DNA from: an uncultured Nitrospiraceae bacterium
GTDB taxonomy: Bacteria > Nitrospirota > Thermodesulfovibrionia > Thermodesulfovibrionales > Dissulfurispiraceae
NCBI GenBank assembly: GCA_963705105.1
Contig: CAVPIW010000012.1
Coordinates: forward strand, 320,001-384,000
Reading direction: 5' to 3'
DNA: 64,000 bases
Below the pieces are notes generated by a model. The model ran no database searches. It had not been told where the DNA came from and saw only the letters and a program-made list of their open reading frames with translations. Shown piece by piece: positions 52,663 through 62,601 of this stretch. The position numbers were made by a program, and so were the translations under genes. Positions within the stretch are counted from its first letter, which is position 1, and each line of letters starts with the position of its first letter.

Positions 52663-53922
52663 TTACCATCGGAGAGTCATTTCGATCCCCCTGTAAGAGC
52701 TGCGGCACGAGGTGCCGCTCATCATCATCTCATGTCCCCGCGCTTCGCCGTCGACAGGCCTGCAGCGCCGCCCGTCCGGCGCCGGGTTCGTGATCCTCAC
52801 GCTGCTCTGCACACCCAGGAGCCGGTCAGTGACCGTGCTCAGGGCACCGAGGGGATCGGTCAGCACGAGGGCCAGCCTGTCGTACCATTCCATCTGCGTG
52901 CCCTTGGCCTTGATCTTTTCCCGCAGGGGTTCGAATACATACATGCCGATCAACGAGCCTGCGACGGGCGTCACGATGAGGTCCTGATAGGAAGGCGGCT
53001 CGAAGAGGGCCTCGACGCCGAATTCGAAAAGAGCCGAAAGGAACGCGGAATAGACGAACGATTCAAGTTTGTCGAACCCCCTTTCCCGGGCCCGTATGTA
53101 ATACGTGGCGCCCCAGTATGGGTGCACGATATAGTTCAGATACCACTTGTCTTCGTCCCACACCGGGTTTCTTACGTTGTTGAACCATCGGTCAAAGTCG
53201 TATGACTGCTTCTCTTCCTTCGACCATTGCGTGACGCTCTCCGGCAGGACGTAGAGGATTCCGACGACGACAAACTGATACCCGAAGAAGTATGCCGTAT
53301 CTCTGCCGATTCCCGACCAATCCTTCATTGGGACGTCCCCGGGTATCCGATCCCCGTTGAGCGGATGATCGTGCATCTCGCAGGGCCTGTCGCTCAGGAG
53401 ATCGGGCGGGATTTCTGTGATCGTGGCAGCCTCGGAGAAGAGCGACCGGTCATACCTGATTTCACCTGAACCGCGAAGAGAGATCTTCCTTCCGCAGGTA
53501 TCATGGGCATTCCTTCCCGTGCGCCCCTCATCACCAACTATCTGCCGGGGAGTCCGCGAGAGCGAACTGCCGTACATGTCGAAGATATCGGAAGTAGATG
53601 GCAGGCTCTCTTCCGGGAGAGGTTGACCGCTTTGTCTCTGCACAACGGACACGCCTGCCTGAAGGCTGATTTCTTCCGGTTGCTCCTTCGGCACAGTGGC
53701 ACAGAAAAGGACGGAACCTGCAGGGTCCACAGGAGATGACGACGACTTCCGCCCTGCGTCCTTCACATCGGCGTTGTTTTCATCTGCGGCACTCCGCCCC
53801 TGTGAAGGCAACGTTTCCGTCTCCGCAATCTCTCCATGAGCCACATCCATGGCAGCCACCAGCAGTGACCACAGCACAAGCAGTGCTGCAGCGGCTGTCC
53901 TGTTAAGAAATAATCGTCGCAT
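52663..53922 (-). CDS. DUF3943-like exported/membrane protein
   Basis: WD.D....NY..HPY.GA.YY..AR, FE.PS.QD...TP. Confidence 0.8.
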   Translation of the reverse strand: MRRLFLNRTAAAALLVLWSLLVAAMDVAHGEIAETETLPSQGRSAADENNADVKDAGRKSSSSPVDPAGSVLFCATVPKEQPEEISLQAGVSVVQRQSGQPLPEESLPSTSDIFDMYGSSLSRTPRQIVGDEGRTGRNAHDTCGRKISLRGSGEIRYDRSLFSEAATITEIPPDLLSDRPCEMHDHPLNGDRIPGDVPMKDWSGIGRDTAYFFGYQFVVVGILYVLPESVTQWSKEEKQSYDFDRWFNNVRNPVWDEDKWYLNYIVHPYWGATYYIRARERGFDKLESFVYSAFLSALFEFGVEALFEPPSYQDLIVTPVAGSLIGMYVFEPLREKIKAKGTQMEWYDRLALVLTDPLGALSTVTDRLLGVQSSVRITNPAPDGRRCRPVDGEARGHEMMMSGTSCRSSYRGIEMTLRW

Positions 53923-53987
53923 TGTCACCTTGTGGCCGCAGCGGCCTGGGTTGTCAGGCTGACCGTTCTCCATGATCGGATAGTATA

Positions 53988-54199
53988 CCTTATCGTTGCA
54001 ATGCTCGCCCGGGAAAGGCGGGGCGTATGCGCCGAAAACCTTGCTGCGGCGACACCTGTATCAAAACGAAGGATGAACTATACGCTAATGGTCGATGACA
54101 CAAAGAGTGAAATCCTGAAACACGAAGATGACGAGGCGTATCGTCGCCTTCAGCAAGGCTTTGAGGCGTTTCGCCCCGCCTTTCAATGCAACTATAGGG
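53988..54199. mobile_element. MITE-like element, full inverted copy, TATA target duplication
   Basis: Reverse complement of 22773-22984; TATA on both sides. Confidence 0.88.
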
Positions 54200-54498
54200 T
54201 ATACTTGATACGACCGTCATGATTCAGACAGGGTTTCGGCTTTACAAGAACCCGCAGGGCGGAACGGAATAACCGGCTCATCCAAAGGGCATGAATATGC
54301 TACAGATCTGTAAGAAGGACAAGACACGGATATGTCGTATAATAAAATTATCCTGACCTGTCACTCCTGCGTGCCCGTTCTTTCGTGACAAGGTTCAGTA
54401 AATGAGAAGAGGGGCGGGCTGGCAGGTATGCCACGCTCCGAAACGCTGCGATGCAACGGGAGATGACTTGTGTCAGTCAATGTAAATGGGGGGGTGTC

Positions 54499-55017
54499 AT
54501 GCAAGAAGAAAACAACTCCGAAGAATCGGATAAAAGATTAGCGGCCGTGTGCGGCCTTTACTGCGGGGCCTGCTCCTTTTTCATCGCCACGACTGAGGAT
54601 CCCGAAAGGCTCACAAGGCTTGCCGAACAATTGAATCTTTCGGAGGAAGAGTGCAGGTGCTACGGGTGCCGGTCGGACAAGAGGGTGCTTCATTGTCAGA
54701 CCTGCAGGATCGCCGCCTGCGCAGCCGAACGGGGCGTCGGCTTTTGCAGCGAATGCGACGAGTATCCCTGCGAAGACCTGAGGGAGTTTCAGTGCGCAAG
54801 GCCCCATCGGGTCGAGCTGTGGATGAATCTTGAGCGTATTAGGTCCGCCGGCTATAAACAATGGATCGACGAAATGAGGGAGAACTATGCCTGCCCCCGG
54901 TGCCGGACCATCAACTCCGCGTATGACCTGGTCTGCCGGAAATGCGGCGGAGATCCCGCCTCCGATTTTATCGCCAGACACAGGCAGGTGATCGAAGAGC
55001 ATCTGAAGAACAGTTGA
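54499..55017 (+). CDS. DUF3795-like Cys-rich protein
   Basis: CGLYCGAC, CYGC, C..C, FCSECDEYPC. Confidence 0.82.
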   Translation: MQEENNSEESDKRLAAVCGLYCGACSFFIATTEDPERLTRLAEQLNLSEEECRCYGCRSDKRVLHCQTCRIAACAAERGVGFCSECDEYPCEDLREFQCARPHRVELWMNLERIRSAGYKQWIDEMRENYACPRCRTINSAYDLVCRKCGGDPASDFIARHRQVIEEHLKNS

Positions 55018-55033
55018 TGCATAGCACGGGCCC

Positions 55034-56065
55034 GTGAAGAAAACGATTCCAAAGCCGCTCTCAGGCGGTCTCATCCTCTCCTACAAATGCACGTCGTCCT
55101 GCAGGCACTGCATCTACGGGTGCTCTCCGCGCTGGAACGCCGACTGGATGTCGCAGGAGGACCTGGAACTCATCCTTTCACAGCTTGCCGGCAAGATCCT
55201 CTCTGCTCCTCACGGTCCCAGGACGATCACCTTCAACCACGGTCTCCATTTCACGGGCGGCGAGCCTTTCCTGAATTTCGATCTCCTGTGCAGGGCCGCT
55301 GAAATCGCCGGCAAGCTGAAGATCCCCTCCACCTTTGTCGAGACGAACGGGTTCTGGGCCGTCGATGACAGGACGGCGAAGGATAAGCTGAAGCTCCTCA
55401 AGAGCAAGGGACTCCGGGGCATCATGATATCCGTGAATCCCTACTATCTCGAGTCCGTTCCCTTCGAGCGGACGGAGCGCGCCGTGAAAGCCGGCATCGA
55501 CGTTTTCGGGGGGAATGTGCTCGTGTACCAGCTCGAATACTTCAGGCGGTTCAGAGACCTGGGCATTTCAGGCATTATGCCTTTTGAAAAATACCTGGAT
55601 CTTGAGGGCAGGGACAGCCTCGCCCGGAATGTGGAACTGCTCCTCATGGGAAGGGCGCCCTATGCGCTGCGGTCCGTGATGGAGGGTCTCTATCCCGCCC
55701 GGGAGGCGGCCAGTTATCTTGATGAACCATGCGCATCGGCCTTCGTGCGGGGACTGCACAATCATTTCGACAATTACGGCAATTACATACCGGGATTCTG
55801 CGGCGGCATATCATTCGGCGATTGCCGGAGGCTCGATGTCCTGCTGCGCGACGGGGTGGACACGGAGCAATTTCCGGTGCTCGCGTTCCTGATGGACAAT
55901 GATTTCAGGGGTCTCCATGCCTTCGCCCGGGAGCGGGGATTCCGGGAGCGGCCGGATGGTTATATTTCGAAATGTCACCTCTGCACCGATATGCGGAGGC
56001 ATCTTGCCCTGAACGGCGATTTCGCGGAGCTTGCGCCGAAGGAGTTTTACCGGCACCTGGAATGA
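55034..56065 (+). CDS. Radical SAM protein
   Basis: CTSSCRHC, FTGGEPF, ETNG, SKCHLC. Confidence 0.88.
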   Translation: MKKTIPKPLSGGLILSYKCTSSCRHCIYGCSPRWNADWMSQEDLELILSQLAGKILSAPHGPRTITFNHGLHFTGGEPFLNFDLLCRAAEIAGKLKIPSTFVETNGFWAVDDRTAKDKLKLLKSKGLRGIMISVNPYYLESVPFERTERAVKAGIDVFGGNVLVYQLEYFRRFRDLGISGIMPFEKYLDLEGRDSLARNVELLLMGRAPYALRSVMEGLYPAREAASYLDEPCASAFVRGLHNHFDNYGNYIPGFCGGISFGDCRRLDVLLRDGVDTEQFPVLAFLMDNDFRGLHAFARERGFRERPDGYISKCHLCTDMRRHLALNGDFAELAPKEFYRHLE

Positions 56066-56094
56066 ATGAAAATCCTTGGAGTGACTCCCGGATT

Positions 56095-56183
56095 ATGATG
56101 GACATCGCGACAAAGATGGTCTGTGATCCGGCCGGTCTTCAGGATGGCTTTCGTGTTCTCGTCGACCGGGTATGCCCACTGAC
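56095..56183 (+). pseudogene. Degenerate N-terminal fragment of a DUF488/YeaO-like gene
   Basis: MDIATKMVCDPAGLQDGFRVLVDRVCP resembles the family N-terminus DG.R.LVDR.WP; similarity stops at a MITE end. Confidence 0.5.
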
Positions 56184-56184
56184 T

Positions 56185-56261
56185 TGGGAAGGCAGATATC
56201 AGCACTCAGGCTTTTCGGCATCTTCGCCCCGCCTTTCCGGATGGCGTATGCTACGATAAGG
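56185..56261. mobile_element. MITE right-end remnant
   Basis: ttttcggcatcttcgccccgcctttccggatggcgtatgctacgataagg. Confidence 0.7.
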
Positions 56262-56282
56262 TTCACTCTTGCAGTGTCTGTG

Positions 56283-57425
56283 TCACTGAGAGGAGATTCG
56301 GGGCATCCATTCCCTCATGCGCCAGGAAATGAACTTCGCGTAATGACGCGGCAGCATGCGGCTCCGATTGTCACCGTAGAGGTCCTTGAGCTCTCCCGGC
56401 GAGGGAAAGAGAGCCGTCACGAAGGACAGCAGCATCTTCTTCCGTATGTCGAGGGCGAGTCGGGCCATGAACTTGTCTCTCCGGTCCTGGAACACATGGT
56501 CTTTCTCCGCGATGGAGCGAAAGTAACGGTTCAGCATGACAGGTTTCCCGTGCCCGGATTTTCCGACGGCTTCCCTGAAATTCCGCAGGGCCGTCTCACT
56601 TTCCGCGCGCTCCTTGCATAGCATCTTCATCTGACCCAGGGTGATCATCGCCGTTTTCAGCAGTCCTATGTGCGTCAGCCTTTGCGCGAAGGCGCCCCAG
56701 TCGATCGAGTCACCGTATTTGTGCAATGCCCAGATGATATCCGTCAGTATCCTGAGCTCCCTGAAGGAGTGCATATGATGATGCATCAGCAGGTGAATGA
56801 CCGTCATGGCCGGTGACAGCCTGAACTGCATCCTGTCGATGCGGACCGCATCGGCCCAGATATCCTCGGATGAAAGCCTGAAGAATGACGGGATGCCGAA
56901 ATTCCAGTGCACTTCGATGAGGTCGTCCGTTGCCGGGCGGTGATAGACGGCGTGGTGGATGCGCTTTGCCCAGAAGGTCAGGGGTAGCCGATCAAGCCTT
57001 CTGTATCCGTTCCCCGAGAGGACCGCATCGGCGCGCAACATATCGTCCTGCCTGATCAGCAGGTCGATGTCGGCGGAGGTCCGGCAGAAAGGGTCACCGT
57101 ACAAATCGCAGGCAATGGTCGATCCCCTCAGCAGGACGGAAGGGATGCCCTCTCCGGACAGCAGATCGATCGTGCAGCTTTCGGCGACTTCCCTCCTCGT
57201 CGTGCGTGCGACGTTCCCGTAATAAGCCGCCTTCATTTCATCCAGGAAGTCATCGACGGCGTCCCGGGGTTTGATGCGGTCTCTGTTCCTGCTTACCTGC
57301 GCGTAGAGGAGCATGAGAAGATTGTGCCGGCGGGCCTCACGCGCCATGTCCGACAGTCCCGCGGGCGTGACGGACACCGGCTGTCCGGCCCCGAAGGGCA
57401 GGACAAGGGTCATGAGAGATTCCAT
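56283..57425 (-). CDS. Nucleotidyltransferase family protein (NTP_transf_5-like)
   Basis: LLRGS...Y....R.S.DIDLL, IEVHW, LRILTDI. Confidence 0.82.
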   Translation of the reverse strand: MESLMTLVLPFGAGQPVSVTPAGLSDMAREARRHNLLMLLYAQVSRNRDRIKPRDAVDDFLDEMKAAYYGNVARTTRREVAESCTIDLLSGEGIPSVLLRGSTIACDLYGDPFCRTSADIDLLIRQDDMLRADAVLSGNGYRRLDRLPLTFWAKRIHHAVYHRPATDDLIEVHWNFGIPSFFRLSSEDIWADAVRIDRMQFRLSPAMTVIHLLMHHHMHSFRELRILTDIIWALHKYGDSIDWGAFAQRLTHIGLLKTAMITLGQMKMLCKERAESETALRNFREAVGKSGHGKPVMLNRYFRSIAEKDHVFQDRRDKFMARLALDIRKKMLLSFVTALFPSPGELKDLYGDNRSRMLPRHYAKFISWRMREWMPRISSQ

Positions 57426-57433
57426 TCCCTGAG

Positions 57434-58672
57434 TCACCGTGAAAAGGCCCTCCCTCTTACCGACAACCGCTCCTGTCTTCTTGACATCGCACAATCATAA
57501 ATGCGCATCAGGGCATCGTGGTTCACATCGCCGGCGCATGCCTTCCCGAATGCCATTCTCGCCGCATCGGCCATTTGTTCGAGCTTCTCTCTGTCACCCC
57601 ACAAGTCCTTCACTGCACGAAGGAGGTCGCCGGAGCTTCCGGGATTGAAGAGAACGCCTGTATTCCCGTCGGCGACGATGCAGGGCAACGAGCCGATGCG
57701 CGATGCGGCGACGGGCACGGCGAGGGAGAAGGCCTCCCTGATCACGAGGGGGAAGCCCTCATAGGACAGGGACGGGAGCGCCAGCAAGCGGGCGAGGGCC
57801 AGGCGGGCCTGAACCTCCGCGAAAGGGAGCGGCCCTGCAAATGTGATCTTGTCCTTCAGGGCCTGCCGGACAACCCTTGTTTCAAGGGCCTGTCTTTCCG
57901 GTCCCTCTCCGATGATCTCCAGGAAAGGAGCGTTTTCCCCCCATTTCATCCATGCATCGAGAAGCAGGTGCACCCCCTTCTCGGGGCCGATGCGGCCTAT
58001 GAAAACGACCTTATTCTCCCTTTGGCTCCACGGCACCGGGGACGGCGGGCAGGGATGACAGGGGCTTTTGACATGCACGAGGTCACCGGGAAGGCCCGCA
58101 TCGATAACCTTGCGGCGCTGAAAATCGGTAAGGGCAACAAAGGCATCGACCTTGTCCGTCCATGTTCCCGTCATCCGGTGAAGGGCGATCTTTGCCGCCA
58201 GCGGGGCCGTCGCAAGCCTGCTGCCCCGGTAACAGCCGTATGTCAGGGCCGGCAGGACCGTGTCCTTGTCGAGGCATTCGCTGCAGGCGAGGCCGCTCCG
58301 CATGGGTATCGCCGCGGCACAAAAGATCCGGTAATTGTGCAGGGTCATCACCGTGGCGGTGGGGAAATTTCGCATCGCGTAGAAGGCCGCCGGTGATATG
58401 AGGGGAAAGGTGTTGTGCACATGCATGACGTCCGGCCGTTCCCTTTCGATCGTTCTTCGCAGCTCCCGCATGGCAAAGGGGTTCCAGGGCGTGCTCAACG
58501 CTCCGAGAACCGTGCCCGAGGGGCCGAGATTTCTTATGTCGTCGCTGTGCCGCGTGAATTCGACGACGGCATGTCCGTGCCGCCTCAGGAGGTTTGCCTC
58601 GTCCAGAAATGCCCTGTTTTCACCGCTCGGCGACGATGAACCATAGAAGTTGTGGACGAGGAGGACCTTCAT
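57434..58672 (-). CDS. Glycosyltransferase family 4
   Basis: HVHNTFP, GRIGPEKG, EGFPLVIREA. Confidence 0.92.
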   Translation of the reverse strand: MKVLLVHNFYGSSSPSGENRAFLDEANLLRRHGHAVVEFTRHSDDIRNLGPSGTVLGALSTPWNPFAMRELRRTIERERPDVMHVHNTFPLISPAAFYAMRNFPTATVMTLHNYRIFCAAAIPMRSGLACSECLDKDTVLPALTYGCYRGSRLATAPLAAKIALHRMTGTWTDKVDAFVALTDFQRRKVIDAGLPGDLVHVKSPCHPCPPSPVPWSQRENKVVFIGRIGPEKGVHLLLDAWMKWGENAPFLEIIGEGPERQALETRVVRQALKDKITFAGPLPFAEVQARLALARLLALPSLSYEGFPLVIREAFSLAVPVAASRIGSLPCIVADGNTGVLFNPGSSGDLLRAVKDLWGDREKLEQMADAARMAFGKACAGDVNHDALMRIYDCAMSRRQERLSVRGRAFSR

Positions 58673-58699
58673 GTCGGGATTCCTCTGCGTACACCATAA

Positions 58700-59100
58700 C
58701 CTTGCTGTGAAAGGCGGGGAGAAGCGCTCTGACAAACAGTGTCAGTGTGAGTGTCAGTGTCAGCAAACCCAACAGGTGCACGAAAAGGCGGGGCAAAACG
58801 CCTCAAAGCCTCGCTGATTACGAGATTGATCATTCTAAGTTCGTTTTTCAGGATTCCATCCTTTGTGACATCGATCGTTTGCCTGAAATAGTCTGCATGG
58901 GAAGGCAAAGGTTTCGCAGCACCGATGCTTTTCGGCGCATTCGCCCCGCATTTTCTTGAGGGAGTATGCAACAATAACGTAAAAAGGCTCACTTTTTCGA
59001 TCGTTTGCTTGAAACGTTGACTTCTGTCACGGTTACGGTGTCGCCGCAGCAAGGTTTTCGGCGCATACGCCCCGCCTTTCAGTCGGGTATATACAACAGG
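58700..59100. mobile_element. Nested MITEs (inner copy 58768-58979 inside an outer copy)
   Basis: Two left ends followed by two right ends; inner 212-bp unit flanked by CAAA/TAAA. Confidence 0.78.
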
Positions 59101-59105
59101 TCGAT

Positions 59106-60347
59106 TCATGTGACGACAACGTGCCCTTTCCAGAATCGTGTAAAGACGTTGGACATGAAGCCCCCGGGAGGACGCCGGGGTATTCCTGTCGCTTCGATGA
59201 CCGCCCGGGAGAATCTATCCAGGGGCCATTCGGCCACAATCGCCTGTGAGTGATCTCCCATGGCATACAGCATGTCCGGTGTCAGGCTGCTCATGCGGAG
59301 CATCAAGCGGGCAAGGGCGGCTCTGTCACCCCGGTCAAAGGTCCACCCGTTGACTCCCTCGCACACAAGTGACGTCGCAGCGCCGCATCCCCTGCTCACG
59401 ATGACCGGCAGGCCCGATGCCATCCCCTCGTTGACGACGAGTCCCCACGGGTCGGACCGGCTCGGCACGACGAGAGCGCCCGCAAGGGCGTAATGAATGC
59501 ACAGGCTGTCACCGTATCTCGGGCCTGCAAGATGAACCGCCTCCATGCGGGCGGCACGGCTGCCGATGACTTTTCTTTCAGGACCGTCTCCGACAAGGAC
59601 CATGTCCCAGGGATCGTCAGCCATTATTCTATACCTGTCGTAGGCGTCAAGGAGATCGCCGACCCCCTTTCTTTGGAGAAACCTCCCCACAAAAAGAAAA
59701 TACCTGTCCGGCAGGGAAAGGGTTCTTCTCCATTCCCTTTCCCTGAGACGCGCCGCATCGGCGGCATGTGCGTAATAGTCATTATCGACGACATCGACCC
59801 CGCAGACGAGACGGTCTTCGGGAAAACCCATCATCCTGAAATAGTCCATGTGAAAAGGGGCGGGGATAAATGCCCCATCGATGTTCCTGTGGATCCGGCG
59901 CTTGATGAACCCTGTCAGTGCACCGCCACGGTCCGTCTGTTTCCATGCGTCGTCCATCATGATCACCCGGGCGGTGCTCCGGCAGCGGTAAGAGACGGCA
60001 GCCATCCCTTCCGGGAAGGGAGTGGCCGGGGCGAAGATGACATCCGGTTTGATTTCCCCCAGAACGGTCTCAACGGCCCGGAATATCCGGCCGCTTGTAT
60101 GATTGTGATAGGATGACCGGGGAAAACAGCACACATGAACAAAGTCCCTCTCCTTTTTGGCTGAGGCGGGAAACGGGTAGGCATTGTCCGATGACGCCAC
60201 TTCAACGCCTGTCAGGCGACTGCCTGCAGCTGCCAGCCCCCGCGCAAGATGGGACAGCCTTGCCGCGTGGTACGGCAGGAATCGCTGCCAGACGACGGCA
60301 ACATGCAGACCTGCTTCGCCGGTATCGCTTACAGTTGACGTTACCAC
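59106..60347 (-). CDS. Glycosyltransferase family 4
   Basis: FLFVGR...KG, DPWGLVVNEGMASGLPVI; start GTG overlaps the upstream stop. Confidence 0.9.
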   Translation of the reverse strand: MVTSTVSDTGEAGLHVAVVWQRFLPYHAARLSHLARGLAAAGSRLTGVEVASSDNAYPFPASAKKERDFVHVCCFPRSSYHNHTSGRIFRAVETVLGEIKPDVIFAPATPFPEGMAAVSYRCRSTARVIMMDDAWKQTDRGGALTGFIKRRIHRNIDGAFIPAPFHMDYFRMMGFPEDRLVCGVDVVDNDYYAHAADAARLREREWRRTLSLPDRYFLFVGRFLQRKGVGDLLDAYDRYRIMADDPWDMVLVGDGPERKVIGSRAARMEAVHLAGPRYGDSLCIHYALAGALVVPSRSDPWGLVVNEGMASGLPVIVSRGCGAATSLVCEGVNGWTFDRGDRAALARLMLRMSSLTPDMLYAMGDHSQAIVAEWPLDRFSRAVIEATGIPRRPPGGFMSNVFTRFWKGHVVVT

Positions 60348-61543
60348 TTTAACCTCGCCCAGAGGGCCCTGCGCGCCGAAGGCGCCTGTGTCGAGTTCGT
60401 CGCGTAGGCGAGCCCGATGATGGTGAATTGCAGGTTCCCGAAATAGGCTGCATAGAGAATGATGTTGTCGGTGGACATGAAAAGGCAGAAAGCGAGAAAA
60501 GAGGATGCGCCGGCATAAAACAGGATGCGTGTCACGCCTGCCGTCTTCATCCCCGTTCTCAATAGATGGACCATCTGCCAGAGCATGCAAAAAGAGAAGA
60601 TGACCGTTCCGACGTAACCGTAGTCGTAAAGCAGCCGCAGCCAGTCGTTATGGGGATGAGTCATCGCCCCCGTCAGCTTCAGGACGAAGGGCTCCGACGC
60701 ATTGGCGCCGTGGCCGAACCAGGGCCGTGAGTCGATCTGCCCCTGCATGTGGTCCCATATGTATCGCCTGCCGCTTGTCGCCAGGTTCGGATTGTCCCAT
60801 CTGATGTCCTGGAAAGAGCCGCTCCCCGAGTAAAAGGTCTTCTGCTGGACACGTTCGGTCAAGAAGAAGCTGTAGCCTGCGATCACGATCATCGCAGCCA
60901 GCACGAGTCTTTTCATAAGTTTCATGGGCGCAAAGGTGAGCGGCAGGGAAAGTCCCGCGGCGAATATACCCATTCTCGTCAAAGCGACAACGGGAATCAT
61001 GGCAAGCGCCGCCCACCAATAAAGGTCGGGCTTCGATCCGAACATATAGTTAGTGGCAAAAATGGTGCAGAGCAGTGCGCCGGTCATCACTTCCGGGGCA
61101 AGCCCGGATGTCTTCGGCAGCGTGCCCGTCAGGTGCATCCCGGTCTTGAAGACCGTGCTGACACACAAGACAACGGCCAGCCAGCAGCATGCCTTCCGGA
61201 ACGCCGCCAAGTCGCCGGCCGTGTATTTTCCTGCTGAGACGGCGATGCCGATGAGCAGGGGACAGAGGATCATGATGCTTCTCTGGGCGGCGTTCTCCGC
61301 ATCGGCGAAGGACAGGTAGATCAGAACGACCGTTATCCAGGGTATCCAGATATGGACGGGGAAGGTTATGCGTTCGCGCTTTACCAGGTAGTATACGAGC
61401 GCAGCAGCCAGCGGGACGGCCCAGGCATACCCGGATATGCTGTAACCCAGGAATGAGGAGCCTCCGATACACGCTATCATCGTTGATACGACGATAACCC
61501 AGAGGAGAGGGGGCTCACTCGTTTTCAACAAGTTCCGTATCAT
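60341..61543 (-). CDS. O-antigen ligase/polymerase family membrane protein
   Basis: Many TM helices; SGR..IW, PWFGHG, HPHNDWL. Confidence 0.88.
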   Translation of the reverse strand: MIRNLLKTSEPPLLWVIVVSTMIACIGGSSFLGYSISGYAWAVPLAAALVYYLVKRERITFPVHIWIPWITVVLIYLSFADAENAAQRSIMILCPLLIGIAVSAGKYTAGDLAAFRKACCWLAVVLCVSTVFKTGMHLTGTLPKTSGLAPEVMTGALLCTIFATNYMFGSKPDLYWWAALAMIPVVALTRMGIFAAGLSLPLTFAPMKLMKRLVLAAMIVIAGYSFFLTERVQQKTFYSGSGSFQDIRWDNPNLATSGRRYIWDHMQGQIDSRPWFGHGANASEPFVLKLTGAMTHPHNDWLRLLYDYGYVGTVIFSFCMLWQMVHLLRTGMKTAGVTRILFYAGASSFLAFCLFMSTDNIILYAAYFGNLQFTIIGLAYATNSTQAPSARRALWARLKW

Positions 61544-62550
61544 GATGCAGACCGCCCGTCAAAGGAAACGCACCGGATGGACTCTCTCTTGGCGTGCAGT
61601 GTCGTGAGGAATCTTGCAGAAAGCCCCAGGGGCATCATCGCGAGAATAAGGAGAAGACATAATTTCAGGCTCCGTCTGGCTCGCATCGCCTCTCTGACTT
61701 CACTGACAGCGTTCACGCGTTCACCGAGATGAATGAAGATGACGGCCCTCATCCTGTGCCAGAGGGCGACATAATCGCTCAGGCCTTTCATTCTTCTCGA
61801 AGGATGCTCCTCCGACAAGCGCTTGAGCTCATAGCCCACCCTGTCAGGCATTTGGGGAACCCTGCCGGGCCGGTCGGACATCTTCAGAGGAGCCCAGAAG
61901 GATGATTTTGGAACAGTACAATAGGCGATGTCATGCTGTGAAGCCAGTCTCGCCCACGTAAGCAGGTCCTCTCCCGAGGAGATACCCTCCGGGAACCCCC
62001 CCACCGCGGTCATCGCCTCCTTGGTAACCGCTATAGCCGATGATAACAGAGGCGGATCCGAATACGCCGCAATAAGGAAATAATCGGTGAGGATGCCGGA
62101 GGTGAGCGCCTTGGGTATCTTGTTCAGAACCGCCCTCCGCATGTGACCGGGGCGACGGATGAAATATGACGTCCCGTAGACGCCACAGTGCGGATACTCG
62201 CGCCTGAGGCTGAGAATGGTTTCGAGAAAATCGTTCTCCCATTCGTCATCTGCATCGAGGAAAGCAATTACGTCACCCTGTGCCTCGCTGACTCCCCGGT
62301 TTCTCGCTGAAGACACCCCGGAATTGGGCTGATCCAAAATCTTTATCCGCCGGTCCTTGAACGACCTCACCGCATCAGGTCCCCTGTCCGTCGAGCCGTC
62401 ATTTACGATACTCAACTCAAAATCCGTGACGGTCTGTGAAAGCACTGATTCCAGCGCCCGCCCGACCGTCTCTTCCTTGTTGTAGAGCGGCATGACAATG
62501 GAGACCGCCACCTCACTGGGGGAGCACTCCGGGCAGTTATATATGGTCAT
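61540..62550 (-). CDS. Glycosyltransferase family 2
   Basis: SIVMPLYN, NDGSTD, ARNRG, FLDADD, GED. Confidence 0.93.
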   Translation of the reverse strand: MTIYNCPECSPSEVAVSIVMPLYNKEETVGRALESVLSQTVTDFELSIVNDGSTDRGPDAVRSFKDRRIKILDQPNSGVSSARNRGVSEAQGDVIAFLDADDEWENDFLETILSLRREYPHCGVYGTSYFIRRPGHMRRAVLNKIPKALTSGILTDYFLIAAYSDPPLLSSAIAVTKEAMTAVGGFPEGISSGEDLLTWARLASQHDIAYCTVPKSSFWAPLKMSDRPGRVPQMPDRVGYELKRLSEEHPSRRMKGLSDYVALWHRMRAVIFIHLGERVNAVSEVREAMRARRSLKLCLLLILAMMPLGLSARFLTTLHAKRESIRCVSFDGRSAS

Positions 62551-62601
62551 GACACGTTCACCATATCCCGAAACCAGATCCGGGCGGAAAGCTCCGGGCG
62601 T

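Noticed and set aside
52588..56283. Integrative island at tRNA-Ser
   Set aside because: No integrase and no duplicated tRNA 3' end seen in the window.
1111..59266. Recurring short ORFs with QQGFRRIRPAF / [14 protein letters not shown] / SVSVSV peptides
   Set aside because: These are translations of the MITE and hexamer repeats with inconsistent starts, stops and frames; no evidence of a real protein family.
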